Positions 1 to 13,313 of a stretch of DNA of 64,000 nt are shown here, in pieces. A program made the position numbers and the translations under genes. The notes below the pieces were generated by a model, which saw only the letters and a program-made list of their open reading frames with translations, did no database searches and was not told the DNA's origin. How positions within the stretch are numbered: the first letter of the stretch is position 1; each line of letters opens with the position of its first letter. The stretch is from Spizellomyces punctatus DAOM BR117 (lineage: Eukaryota). The DNA is taken from the NCBI GenBank assembly GCA_000182565.2, contig KQ257461.1. The stretch is one strand, 5' to 3'.

Positions 1-2
1 AC

Positions 3-2971
3 ATGACAGATTCGGATAAGCACCAATGTTCTATCCTGGAACGAGCGCGGAAACGAATGAGGGATGAAGAAGACAAACCATTTGATGTGCAGAAGAAACC
101 CTTGGCGCTGTCGCTAGACGAAGAACCCTGCCCGGATAATAAATCACATTACAAGAGACTCAAGACAGATAGTGGAGCTTCACTTGATCCCAACGGAGAA
201 GAACGTAAATTCTGCCTTGAATCTAGAGCAATCCTAGAACGCTCGTCGACTGAATTCATAGATTTGACGCAAGAGGACGGCAGCCACGCAGGGATCACTG
301 ACAGTCCGCCAAAGAGCTTCGCTCGAAGTCGATCACATATCATCGGTGGATACCAAGAGTTCCCAAGAAGAGGATCCACCCGAAAATCTCCATTCTCCAA
401 TGCAAGTACGACCTCTCCGATCAAGCAGAGGGAATCTCAATCGTCATATAGATTACACAAGAAAAGAACCTCAGGGAATTCCTCTGAAGACAAGACAGCG
501 ACGAATGATTTGTTTACTGGTCGCACCGCCGTTTTTCTCGAATGCAACATCTGCCCACTGCGATTGAAGGCACTCAAGGCGCGATGGGAAGAGAAGGGTA
601 AATGCTGATTGTTGTGCTCCATGCTGGAAGCCAGCGGTACTTAACGGTTACTCTGAGTTTCAGGAGGATTCTGTTCGGATGTGTTGACAGACAAGGTCAC
701 CGTATTAATTGCAGAAATTCCATTGCAACATGTGGTCAGTGCTTTGGGTATCTCCGTATTGCCGCAATCAGCGGTAGTCGTTCGACCCGATTGGATATCC
801 CAGTCTATTATCGTACGTTATGTACATTATATCGAGCGTCCCGCAAGAAGTGCTAAGACCTACCATTGAACAGGCCAATAGGCTCCTAGATACGTCTCCA
901 TTCATTGTCCCTGAGGCGGAAGTTGAGAAGTCACACGACAGCGACCATACGAGTGATGCGACTGAAATTGTTGAGACCGATGAAGAAGAACAGCCAAATT
1001 CTTTGCAGAGCAACACCTCACCGGCGTTACTGCTGGACAGAATAATGCAGAATATGAAGGACGGTCTCGATGACCAAGAGGAGGATGAGACCGAGACATG
1101 GGAGGTGGAATCGTGCCCAAAAGATGAAGAAGTCTGGGTAAGAGTGCTATCGTCGGACTCTTTACTGCCACAGACTCTCATGGACGATAATCAGGAAATT
1201 GCCTCCGCGGGCAGCTCCGATGATGAATCTAAAATAGATGTTAAAGCAAAATCACCTGTGGATTTTCCTAGAAAGAAGGTATTGCTTAACTATGTTGCAA
1301 GCGTCAAGTCATCTACGGAAAATGACATAGTGATCCGGTAATTAGATCCGAAACCAGGATCGCTTTCTTTGCATGCAAAAAAATGGGCGTGCGCTGCTCG
1401 ATGCGAACAACCAGAATTCACATCTAACGGATCTGCTTGAGGTTGTCATGCGTCGGCATGAAGCAGAAGGCGAGCATTTCCGTGTTCTTTCTTATCGGAA
1501 GGTACGGGATTCTCCTTGATCTCTGTCATATCTACACATAACACGACATTGTTGATCATGTCTGTGATGATAGGCTATCCAGACTTTGAAACGCCATCCC
1601 AGTCGAATTGAAAGCGGCGCAGAAGCTAAAAGAATATTTGGCATAGGCGGAAAGATTGCCGACAAGATTGATGAGATCCTCAAGACTGGCCGACTGCGGA
1701 AGGCAGAAGTTGTCCCAGAGATGCTGCCTGTGCTAGCGTTGTTCCAAGGGGTTCATGGTTTGTATCTACCGGGTGATAGTACATGAATCTGATTGAACCT
1801 AAATGTTATGCAGGTTGTGGGATCCAAGTCGCGCGACGATGGTACGCCCAAGGATGCCGGACGCTCGACGATGTGCGTAAAAAGGTCCAATTGACGCATG
1901 ATCAGAAGTTAGGATTAGAGTATTACCACGTAAGTCATATTCGACGTTGAGTGAACCGACTTTCCAGCTCATACACCTCTTGATCGTTAGGATCTGCAAG
2001 AGAAAATGCCCCGGTCTGAAACGGAAGCCATCGGTAGCATCGTACAAGCAGAATGCAAAATGATCGACCCAAACTTCCAGTGCACTATTCTGGGTTCCTA
2101 TCGGCGCGGGCGACCCATGTGCGGAGACGTGGATATTCTCGGTTCGTAACTGAGAAGGGTCTACAAAATTCTACAATCACTAATGATAGCCAATGTCATC
2201 AGTAACCCATCCTGATAACATGAGCCACCGTACAATTCTCGGACCCCTCGTCCACCGTCTCCGATCCACACAACTCATCATTGGCGAGTTCCACTCTCGC
2301 AGTGCGATGAATAAATATGACAACGCGACGTCTTGGATGGGAATCTGTCGGCTTCCTGGGGCGCCAAAATGTCGCCGGTTAGACATTTGGGTTACACCTT
2401 TCCAAGAGGTGGGCGCCGCACTGTTGCATTACACTGGAAATGATATTTTGTAAGGCTGCGGTATGTGTGAGTTTAGCATGTGGGAGGCTTCCTAATGACG
2501 TTCGAATGATTATCACAGCAACCGTTCCATGAGGAAACTGGCAGGTTTACAGGTTGGTTTCCTGACGTGTTCTTTATCACATGGTCGTTGTTACTTAATA
2601 TATGTGACTGCTCGGTAGGGAATGCGACTGAGTCAGGTTTGCAATCTTTCTTTTATGACACATGTCCATACATAAACTCATCGGGTGGTACAACAGCATG
2701 GTCTATTTGCCAATGTCATGCGGGGCAAAGGCGGAGCAAAAGTCACCGAAGGGAGAAGGATAGCGGGAAGCACAGAGGAGGTAGGGTTTGTAACCGGTGG
2801 TAGAGTTAATATACACTGCTAATGTCCCTATGAGTTTAGGAGATCTTTAAGGCGTTGGGTATGGCGTGAACGTAAACAACCACAGTTGAAGGTCGATCTT
2901 GTCTGACATCTTCCCTTTTTATTTAAATTACAGGTGTTCCCTATCGCCCTCCAGAAGAGAGAGATTGTTGA
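3..2971 (+). CDS. DNA polymerase X family (Pol lambda/Pol4-like), multi-exon, with a probable N-terminal BRCT-like region
   Basis: Spliced reading gives the HhH segment IFGIGGKIADKIDEIL, then GSYRRG..CGDVDIL (PolX signature), RRLDIW and ALLHYTG. It ends VPYRPPEERDC* at 2969-2971. Introns are GT-AG. Confidence 0.9.
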
Positions 2972-3083
2972 GATTGCGATGTTAATTTTTTGGAACCTAA
3001 TAAGCAAAGTAATAGTTATAGCAGTATTATTAATGTACCTTATGTGCAAATTATGCAACGCTATACTGGGTTGTCGCGCAATA

Positions 3084-4552
3084 CTACGCCGATACCAATG
3101 TGTGCATCAAAATCCCCGCCGCTACACTCACGTTTAACGAGTCTACTGTGTACTTTCCACCTCCTTTTGCGTCCTCATCATCCTCAACCTGATCCCCAAT
3201 AACCAAATGATCATGACATGCTTTTGATACTACCGGACGCATACCCTTCCCTTCGCTTCCAAGTACTAGAATCGTCGGACTATGTATCAATGGAGGAACC
3301 TCGAGACCAGAGTGCTTGGCACGGCTGTATTCGCTTAAAGAGATTGTATTGTCAGAGTGGATATCTGTACCATAAATATGCCATCCGTTTTCAGCGGAAG
3401 ACTGCAAAGTGTTAGCAAATTGTAATCCAAAGAGGAGGTGAAGAAAACTGATGGATTACTTCAAGGAATTTAGGAAGACTGGGTGTGATATATAGATCCA
3501 TCACTTCGAGAGCTCCCGCGCTTGCTTTGGAGACAAACGGACTGAACGGGGCACTGTTATGCAAAGATGGCAGATAGGAGGGTTTGTCTTCGGTGTCACA
3601 CTACAGTAAGGTACAAGAACGTACGTTTCGCGGTCCGTTAGAATGACACCGTCAATGTCAAAGAAATGTGCGGACCGAAGGATGCCACCCAAATTCTACT
3701 CATGTCGAGTTAAAATGTGTTAATTGTGAAAGAAAAGAAAAAAAAAAAGGTGGGAAGACTTGGCACACACCTGTGGATCTACAATCTGGTCAAGAGCTGC
3801 TCGTAAAATGAGTAAGGTTGGATAATTGAATAGATACCGACGTTAAACCGGCGTACCTAACCATATCGGATGCCGTCTCCGCCCCTCTCGCGACGAGAAA
3901 GGAATGGTAAGTGATTCACGTTTGGTGATCACAGCCGAATATCTGACGTGGGCAACCATGTTCACAAACAGCACCGAATTCAATCATTGCCTGACAAAAC
4001 TGTACCTGGAGTCGCTATCCCCTTCATTCTGCCAACATCCCAGGTGCCGTAGCTGCACACATTCAAGCGGAGCGGCCGCCAATACAAGACCCTACTTGCA
4101 TGATATCAATACAAGTATCAGATGCATCCAAAACAATAGGATAGTCGGAATGAACTCAATGCGTCACCACTCACCTGATGCGGTCTTCCGTCGGATAAAG
4201 CGTCCAGTCGGGACGCGGGAACTCGGGAGACAGTCACTTCTCGCCGTTGTGCTAGTTGCAGAGCCAGTTCCACCCACTTGCTTTACCGGAAGATGTCATT
4301 AATACCGGCAGCTGCCCAGCATTCGGCGCTCCCCATATATACATACTTTGACCTGTCTCCCCGCTTAGAACTTCGGATTCCGTCCAATTCTCCACCTTCT
4401 TTGACATACAATTTTCGTAGTTTGCGACGGCCAATCTCAAGGGCAGGTATCACGCATGATGCACCGTATAAATGCTCGAGTGTGCGTTGCGCGGTTGTGC
4501 GGTAGGACGCAGCAGGCAAGAGACGAGCAAATGAGCAAACCAACGGGTGCAT
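3084..4552 (-). CDS. MRM1: SpoU/TrmH-family rRNA 2'-O-methyltransferase (MRM1-like), multi-exon
   Basis: Motifs EHLYGASCVIPAL, ALDQIVDPQ/NLGGILRSAHFF, VLGSEGKGMR and SLNVSVAAGILMH. The N-terminus resembles a mitochondrial presequence. Start is approximate. Confidence 0.85.
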
Positions 4553-4805
4553 TATGAGTGATCTCCAACACCGAATACCAAGCACAAAACAAAAACCCAA
4601 CCCCTCTCTGCGTGCAGCCGGAATCGAACTCTGATCTGATCGGTTGATTAGATAAACCTTGTATGGCTGTGCAGAGAGATGCTTCGACATGTGACCATCA
4701 AAGCCGTTGGGAGTTTATCCATCCCCCTCCCCGTTGGCGAGTAATCTTCCATCGCGCACGAACATCACCATCTGTTCAGCAACTCGTTGAGAACATTTCA
4801 TAACC

Positions 4806-6768
4806 ATGGCACCAACAAAGACCCTGCGTCAAGTGACTCGTGAGGAAGTCGCGAAGAACAACACCGAATCCTCCTGCTGGATTATCGTCGACTCGTATGT
4901 TTATGATCTGACAAAATTCCTTGGCCTTCACCCTGGAGGTGAAGGTGTTATCCTGAAGGTTGCTGGAAAGGATGCTACTGGTACGTTGCGTGGCCCGTTT
5001 TTGACACGTCTGTATATGGAAAGGTATGCTAACGTAGACATGGGGCATTGTAGAGGAATTCTACGGACTCCACCGTCAGGAGGTTATGGATAAATTTGGT
5101 CCAAGATATATCATTGGTCAGGTGGGTGGTGCCTCGTATACGCATATGCTTTTATAGTAGTCATGTTAAGATTACTTGTCGAACAGATTGCGGGTGAAAA
5201 GCCCAAACTTGATCTGACAAAACCTGGCGAGTACAGCAAAGTTCCCTATGCAGAGGCGGGTTACTTGCAGGGCCGTCCGTCGCCATTCTACAAGTAAGTT
5301 CTGCTCAAACTACAAGCTCAAACCTCAAGTCAGCTCAGAATGCCAACGATCGTTTTATGATCAACAGAGAATCTCACATCCGTTTCCGGGATGCTATCCG
5401 CAAGTTCTACGATGACGAGCTTACGGCAGATGCACCTACAATGGATGCCATGGGTGAGGCTCCGGATCGCGAGACCTACCAAAAGATGGGCAAGATCGGG
5501 CTTCTTGCCTGCCGTTTAGGCCCTGGTCCTCACTTGAAGGTCGTTCCTGAGTTGCCCGGAGGGGTCAAGCCGGAGGAATTTGACTACTTCCACGAGTTAA
5601 TCTCGCACGAAGAAACCACACGGTTGGGTATTTACGGTTTTGCCGAGGGTCTCGCGTCCGGTATGGTCATCGGTCTACCACCAGTCCTGGCCTTCGGTCC
5701 TAAGTGGATGAAGGAAAAGGTTGTTCCAGAAGTGCTCTCGGGCAACAAGATCATCTGCTTGGCCATCACTGAGCCAACTGTTGGAAGTGATGTCGCTGGC
5801 CTTTCCACCACCGCCGTCAAGACTCCCGATGGCAAGCACTACATTGTTAACGGTGTGAAAAAATGGATAACCAACGGTAGTTTCTCGGACTACTTCACCA
5901 CTGCTGTCCGTACAGGGGGACCGGGTATGGGAGGAATCTCTATGCTTTTGATCCCGCGGTCGGAAGGTGTGGAGACCAAGATCATCAAGACTTCTGGAAC
6001 CACATCTGCCGGAACGGCATATGTCACATTTGACAACGTTAAGGTTCCGGTTGAGAACCTTATTGGTGGGGAGAACAAAGGATTCCAGGTCATCATGGCC
6101 AATTTCAACCACGAACGTTGGTCGATGGTTGTTGGAGGAACTCGCGCCGCTCGTTTGGTTACTGAGGAATGTTTCAAGTGGGCAAACCAGAGAATGGTGT
6201 TTGGCAAGAAGTTGATTGAGCAGCCAGTCATCCGTCTCAAGCTTGCGGAAATGGTACGTTGTCTAGAGTTTCCTTGATCAGTTATAGCACGTCTCTCATG
6301 CCACACCGCAGCTGGCAGCCGTCGAGACGCTCCAAGGTGCCCTCGAAGTGGTCACTTATCAGATGACCAAACTAAGCTACAAGGAGCAAGCTCTACACCT
6401 TGCTGGTCCTCTTGCCCTTCTCAAATATCAAACCACACGGTTCACGCAGCGGGTCTCGGATAACGCCGTGCAGATCTTTGGTGGACGAGCAATTACCAGG
6501 ACGGGCATGGGCCGTGTGATTGAGGCCTTCCAGGTACGTTATAGAAAGACCTGGTGACATTGAATGTGTCTGTAACTAACACAAAACTTACCGATTAGCG
6601 AACGAACAAATTCGGTGCGATCTTGGGAGGCAGCGAGGAGATTATGGCGGATTTGGGAGTCAGGCAGGCCATGGTATGCTAACAGAATATCCTTCCATTC
6701 TGATAATTCCATGACCCAAGTAACAATTATGCTCGTTTTAGAAAAATTTCCCCCAAGCAAGGCTATGA
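4806..6768 (+). CDS. Cytochrome b5 domain-acyl-CoA dehydrogenase fusion with C-terminal PTS1 (ARL)
   Basis: Exon 1 has b5 motifs [25 protein letters not shown] motifs follow: [22 protein letters not shown] and QIFGG. The last exon 6742-6768 reads KNFPQARL*. Confidence 0.92.
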
Positions 6769-7091
6769 GCACGTCGCTCTCGAAAAAAGTCCGATCAATC
6801 TCACGCATGCTTGGGCTTCATCGTAGAGGTGTTGATTTAGACATAGCGTCTAGGACCCCATTTATGTGATATGTGCGTCATTTATCAGATGTTGAATATA
6901 TGAGCAATAGCTCCCCTGTTTCTTGCAAGGTTTTCGATCATATCCGATGAATGTTATGTAATCATCTGTGCAAACCACCAGTGGGATGATAACCTTTTCA
7001 GCAAGAGTGGTTCAGCACGAATGGTGATTTTTATGTGGGAAAATAATGTATATTTGTACCAAAACGAGATACAGATCCCAATTATATTCCA

Positions 7092-9011
7092 TCACAGACA
7101 GGCCACTGCACCCGGTCTTTTTTGCATCCGGTCTCGTTTGCCTCGGCCTTTGCCGGCTCGATGGCCAAGGTCGGGTGGGTGTTTACGGAGAGCTCCATTT
7201 GGTGGTGTATCAGGGCGCACGCCGGATTGCTTAGGATGGGCATGTGTGGGACATGCTTCGGGTTTAGGAAAACTTGGACGGCGGTGATTTGCAGAGGACT
7301 GAGCAATAGGTGTTCGCTCGTTCTCTACCACGACTTTGTCCACCTTTCCACGGCTCTTGTCTCCACCGGTAACAATCATATCAACGTCCTTCCCAGCCTT
7401 TCCCTTTCTCTTTCTGCCCTTTTTACCTCCCGCCCCCTTGAACCCCAATACGGCACAGAGCAGAACATGATCGCTCGAGAATCCTTTGCAGGGCAAGGCT
7501 TGCAAAGAGTCCATGTATTTACCTGGGACTGGACCAAGAGTATCGTGGACATAGAGACTATCCGGTGAGAACAGTATGTGATCTATTGTGCCCGTAAATG
7601 TTGGTGTTTTGTTCGTGTATGGGAGAAGGGCTCGTGGGTACGCTGGTTGAAGAGTGAATGTGTTGGCGAGTACGGGTGAAGCCGCTGGACGCGAAAAAGT
7701 CCCATAGTCTTTGTCCACCCATCCAAAATCTTTTGAGCCCACATTAACGGAACCATTGACGAGGAACTGCATAACGTGTTCACCAAACATTGAATTCAAA
7801 TCCCCAGCTAGGACGATGGGTACGGCCGTCCCACGATTTTTATCGTCCAGGGGTGTTTTGAAGGATGGCTGTCGGGTATCGTCAGCAGCCTGGCATCGAT
7901 TCAAGACGTCCATCAGTAATCCGGCTTGTAGGAGTTTGGTTCGCTCGTCGCGGGGGTTCCAGTGTAAATGTGTGGTGACGACCCTCAGCTTTCGGTTTGT
8001 ATGGACGCATTTGAGGGTAGTGATGATGGCTGTGTTTGGGAAGCGGAGAAGGTCAAGTTTGAGGTCGTGTGAGGGTGTGGGGGGTCGGTCAATGGGTTCG
8101 GGGTGGGTATCCAGACCATTGAGGTTGGAGACGAGTTCTGGAAAAGCAAATGTTGAACACTCGACCAATCGAAATCGGTCGACTTTCCAAAATGTGGCAC
8201 ATCCATCATCTTGGTCGTCGGAACGGTTCTTGCCGCGGAAGACGCCGCGGTATCCTTGGGCATGCAAAGCGGGGGCAAAGAACCCGGTGAAATCGTTTTG
8301 TGGCAATTCTTGGAGGCAGACAATGTCTGGGTGATGATGGGCGAGTTCAGAGAGGATGGCTTGTTTCCGGCGAAGCCAAGGAATGTTTTGCGCATAGGGG
8401 AATTTGTCGGGGGTACAGTAGGTTGGCGCTAAGATATTCCATGTGAGGATGGAAAAGGTTGCGGGAGTAGATGGGGTTGGAGTGGATTTGCCAGTTGTTG
8501 CCCAGCGGCGATCTGGGATGATGAGGGGTGGATCGGATGGGCCTTGTGGGATGGTAAGGAGCGGATTTATCGGTGCGGACGTAGATGGCAGGCCGCCGGG
8601 ACTAGCTTTGGGGGGAACATTGGTGCAAGTTGACGTTTGCAATGTCATGACATTTGGTTTCGGCGGCGTTGACTCTCGGGTCCGGCGTTCATCCCGGTTT
8701 GCGATAGCCGTTTTGCTCGCTGACAGTTTCGTCGTCACACCCTCCACCACCGGCAAAAACGGCTTCATGTCCGTAGCGCGGGGTCGCAGCGACAGTAGAA
8801 AATCCCTCTCATATCGCCTCGGCACTTCCACTACCACCTCCACCTCCAATTCCACTTTGACATCTTTTGGTGGATCGACGACTATTTCATCGAGTTGTTC
8901 AAGCCTCGAGAAAATGACAGGTACAGACTGTGCTCGCGTTCGGGCGTTGAATGCCTTCTCAAGAGCTCCTGTAAATAGGGGCTGGATGATGGGCGCGCAC
9001 AAGCCCTGCAC
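7092..9011 (-). CDS. EEP-family CCR4/nocturnin/Angel-like nuclease/phosphatase, apparently intronless
   Basis: 639-aa ORF with TWNILA, DIVCLQE, DGCATFW, TTHLHWNP, LAGDLNS, GTIDHI and SSDH motifs. Confidence 0.88.
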   Translation of the reverse strand: MQGLCAPIIQPLFTGALEKAFNARTRAQSVPVIFSRLEQLDEIVVDPPKDVKVELEVEVVVEVPRRYERDFLLSLRPRATDMKPFLPVVEGVTTKLSASKTAIANRDERRTRESTPPKPNVMTLQTSTCTNVPPKASPGGLPSTSAPINPLLTIPQGPSDPPLIIPDRRWATTGKSTPTPSTPATFSILTWNILAPTYCTPDKFPYAQNIPWLRRKQAILSELAHHHPDIVCLQELPQNDFTGFFAPALHAQGYRGVFRGKNRSDDQDDGCATFWKVDRFRLVECSTFAFPELVSNLNGLDTHPEPIDRPPTPSHDLKLDLLRFPNTAIITTLKCVHTNRKLRVVTTHLHWNPRDERTKLLQAGLLMDVLNRCQAADDTRQPSFKTPLDDKNRGTAVPIVLAGDLNSMFGEHVMQFLVNGSVNVGSKDFGWVDKDYGTFSRPAASPVLANTFTLQPAYPRALLPYTNKTPTFTGTIDHILFSPDSLYVHDTLGPVPGKYMDSLQALPCKGFSSDHVLLCAVLGFKGAGGKKGRKRKGKAGKDVDMIVTGGDKSRGKVDKVVVENERTPIAQSSANHRRPSFPKPEACPTHAHPKQSGVRPDTPPNGALRKHPPDLGHRAGKGRGKRDRMQKRPGAVACL

Positions 9012-10261
9012 GCCATAAATACAAATGACAGGAATCGATCAGATATCAGTCTTTGAATCACTCGAAACAACTACTTTCAACCTTTTCCATTCTGTTGACC
9101 TCTTCTTCAGTGGGCGTCCACGTCACATTGGGGTCCAGATTTCGACGTTTGTCGGATTTCACTTGGTCCCATACTAATGCCAAGCTACACTGCTCAGTTT
9201 TGCAGGCACCCATTAATTAAAGATGTCCGCGTAGACTTACCCAACAAGATTCCTCGAAATACCGCACTAAAGACTCCACATAAAGCCCACCCCCATCCGG
9301 CATTGCAAACTGCAGCGACGAGGATCCCGCACGAAAGAAGTGTATCAAAAAATGTATACGACACACGCCTGTGACAAATAACTACACATGAGGGTTGTGT
9401 CAAAAATGTTTTCGAGCAGTCTCCTGAAGGGCCTTACATCAAACGGTCCATTCCCTTGCCAATTGGCAACTGTCGAGGCATGTTTGTATTGCGCTTGCCA
9501 AAACAGCAGATCGGCCCGTTCACCGATAGATGACCAATTTTGACAATCCGGCGAGAGTTTCGTTGTTCGATCGTCAACTTTTTCACCACATACACACAAT
9601 ATGAAATATCCCCGTAGCAATCAAATCCTTGAACAAAAAGCCTTCTTTACCAGGCTGCGATTTGAGCTTTATAGCCCCGCGCAACCCCCCAAACCAACAG
9701 TCCAAAGTAAAGCCTAAAGTTCCCTGCCCTGTAGCAAGTGAGCGCAGTAAAATGCAAGGGCGTCAAAAGTTCCGAAAGGGCGCGCGTTGGATTTGATAAT
9801 AACCACCAGGATCAACACGTGTAGGAGTTCTTTGTTAAAGCAATCAGTTGCAAGCAGCAAGCAGAAGAGGTTTCAAAAGTGTTGAGCAGGTTTTAAATAT
9901 CCCTTCCCTGCGGGCCGCCATGGGCAAACAACAAACGGACATTGTAATGGCTTCCCCTGGTGATCCCCCCCTTTAGTATGGAATATATCCAACCCGTATT
10001 GGAAGGACAAAAACGTGCCCCCTTTCGATGGGATATTGCAACCCCGATCATCGATATTTGGATTACGCGAGGATCAAGTCATCAAAAGGATTCATGCAAA
10101 ACGTCACAACCATGGCTCATGGCTTGCAGTTTGTTTGTTTTGTCACCCATACTAAACAACACACAAGGCATTACGTTACAATATATCAGTATCTGAGGTT
10201 TGCACAGTCTATGTTGTATTGATTCCAACATGGATAATGTTTGATTGCACTATGCAAAGGT

Positions 10262-13200
10262 TCAGACTACAACAGGCGCCCCTCCGGCGGCCCCTTCTTC
10301 AACCTCCACCAGCCCAATACTTTTCAAAAAGGCCTCATCACGAGGCTCTCGTCCCAAAAAGTTTCTCAACATGTCCATTCCATCGCTAATAATTAATGGG
10401 TCACATTTAATATTCACTTGGACGCAAAAATCGCACTTGTAGGTTACGGCCAGTTACTCACCGACTGCCTCCAGGGCCCAAAATATCCTTTCGGTAACTC
10501 AGTCCTGTTGCCGGATTTTGCACTCCCTCGACCTTGAACCGTGAAAAGAACATGTCGGCAGAGAATACTTGTGACCACAAGTAGCCATAGTATCCGGCAT
10601 CTAAAAGGGCAATAGGGAGTCAAACCCATGCACGTTCCGATCGTACACGCATTGGCTCTCGCAGCTTACCGTAGCCACCCATAATGTGACCAAAGGCAGC
10701 AGCAGGCCATGTATTAGGTGTTCCAGGAATCAACGTGACTTCCTCCCGAAGCTTGTTCCAGAGGTCTGTGGTTGAAATACCCCCGCTACGAGTCGTGTGC
10801 AGAGTAAAGTCGAACCAACCGAAAAAGATCTAAGCCCATGACCAACATGTGAGATAGAAGAAGACGCATTAACAAAGTTCTTGGATCGCAAGCGGCGCAC
10901 CTGTCGAAGGTTCAGAAGAGCTGCATTCACGTTCTTTGCCTTGACCAAAGACTCAATCAGATTGTTTGGTAAGGGGTGTGATGGACCCTTTTCATAATGG
11001 GCGGACAACTTTTGAAGAATTCCAGCCTCCCAACACCACTACCAAATGCCTCAAGAATAAGTCCTCACACCCAATGCAAATGCAACTACCCATAACAAAA
11101 GACTCACATTCTCCAACATTTGACTGGGCGCCTCAACAAAGTCCCGCTCAACTCTCGTTCCATGGAACCTGGAGAACCGCGTTACAGAGCAAATCTGATG
11201 CATCACGTGTCCAAGCTCATGGAAGTAGGTTGTGACTTCAGAGTGCTTGAGCAATGATGGCTTGGCCGCGGTGGGTTTGCTAAAGTTTGCAACCTAGAAG
11301 CCGGAACGAAATGGGCGATAAGCGTGGATGTTCGTACACATGGATAATGAGACAACTCACCATCGCGGCCACAGGGTACTGCCTCTTCCCGTCCGGCAAT
11401 TCACACCCGGGCTGTAACCCAAACACAGCGGCATGTGTGTATTTGCCTTCACTGGAAATGGAGAACGATCAAAGTACATTCATTGAAGTGGAATGTTGTC
11501 CTCGTCTTACCGTGGATGAAGGTCGAGATAAAAATGTCCCATAAACTCTCCAGAATGGTCAAACACTTCAAATAACCGCACATCCGCATGCCAAACTGGA
11601 GGTTTCTCGACCTCCTTGAATCGAATAGACAGCACCGTCTGATACAAATCTAACATGCCTTGAGTCACAGTTTCAAGGCTAAAGTACTGCTTAATCTCCT
11701 CATCGTTGACTGAATACTCGGATTCAAGCAAGAGTCGATTGTAGTACTGGAAATCCCAAGAGTTTATCTTGTTATCAAACGGCTCATTGCGGGAAGCTTT
11801 TTCTTTCTGTGCAGCGCCACAACCACCAACATCGTAAGGTTGCGATCACGTCAGTACAAGAAACTTCGACTTTACTAACCTTTTTGAGCTCAAGCAATCT
11901 TTGCAACTCTTTCTGGCCAAATGGCGTGAGCCTCTCTCGCAACTTTTTAAGAAATTCATCAACGCTCTTTGTGTCTTTCGCCATCTTGACCTCCAATATG
12001 TAGGACGCATGATCCTTGTACCCCAGAAGCTTTGCAATTTGTTCACGAACAGCAACAGCGGATTCAAGGATGGCAACGTTGGCCTGGCATTTTTGTCCAT
12101 TGGCAATATCTAGGCGCTTCCGTGTCTCTTCGCGCTTTGCCATGCGCATTGTAGGAATGCTGTCGTGCAATTCCCATTAGCATGCTGTTGCTACAGCATA
12201 AAGAGATTTGCTGTCCTCACATGTCAGGGTATTTCATGGTCACAGCATACTTCTCCACGCCGTCCTTTTCATCGACCTTTTTAGTCAATCCCTCCAAAAA
12301 GTCATCTGGCATGCCCTCCAATTCATCCTTGGTGAACCTATAACTGGCGATTAACGACCATAGCTGCAAATGACAGTCGTTATGAATACTTACAGAACCT
12401 CCGTCTTGTCTTCGTTCATGTTCTTACTAAACTCTGTTGATGCGTCAGCAAGCTTCTTCTTTAATTTTTCCAGTTCATCCCGCTTTTCTTTTGGCAGAGC
12501 AAGACCGTTTCTGAGAAACATTATTAGGCACGAATCCGAGCATCCCAGCTTTATAATATTATAACCTTTTGAAATCGCGTTCGGTGAATTCCAGCAATCG
12601 TGCCGATTCGGGGTCAAGCTGCTCCTTCTTGGCTGAAGTAGCTTGGACAGCTTTAAAGAGGTCCTCACGCATGCTTTGTTGAATTTCAAATTCCTATACA
12701 CAAAAGTTATCACTCAGTCACCCTTCCGGCATAACGGCGAGCTATAAGTGACGGAAGCCTACATCGAGAAGCTTGTTCGCCTCAACGGCGGCGTCCCTGA
12801 CTGCCTTGTCGGGGGAGACATATTGGGGAAAGGTCACCTGAAAGAGGAAACATGGAGGTTAACCACAGAGAATATGCCACCGCTCATGAGTGGTAGATAG
12901 CAACGTACGTTGTTTGTCTCAATACCAAGCCAAGTATCGACGGTCGCCATCTTCTTTATGACTGACTCGAAATTGCATTGGTCGGGCGTCAAAGCAGCGA
13001 TCTCATCGTACTGTTTGCGCGCTTTAGCAATTATATCTTCGGTGTGGGCCTTAATTTCAGACGGGGACATGTCCAGACGAAGACGGTTGTGCTCGAGGGT
13101 TGGGGTAGCCATGGTTGAGTTCAGGCGGTGGGGAGTGCAGAATGGAATAGTTGAGTATTGGAGAACCAGGCGATTAGAAGCCGTAAGGATGCGAGGGCTT

Positions 13201-13313
13201 TGGCAGTGGAGCGAATGGGAATGAGTTGCAAAATGGTTGGTGAGGGTGATGAGCGGTTTTATGCGGTGCCTGGAAACACAAAGCAATCTGGAAGCTCTGC
13301 AACGGGCAAGCAT
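10262..13313 (-). CDS. Peptidase M3A (thimet oligopeptidase/saccharolysin-like), multi-exon
   Basis: Motifs FHELGHVMH (HExxH), [19 protein letters not shown] and FLGREP. Stop at 10262-10264. Arg/Ser/Leu-rich leader before a second Met at 13112. Confidence 0.92.

Noticed and set aside
9100-10250. Intergenic region considered for RNase P/MRP, SRP or telomerase RNA
   Set aside because: Could not find the diagnostic conserved motifs by eye.
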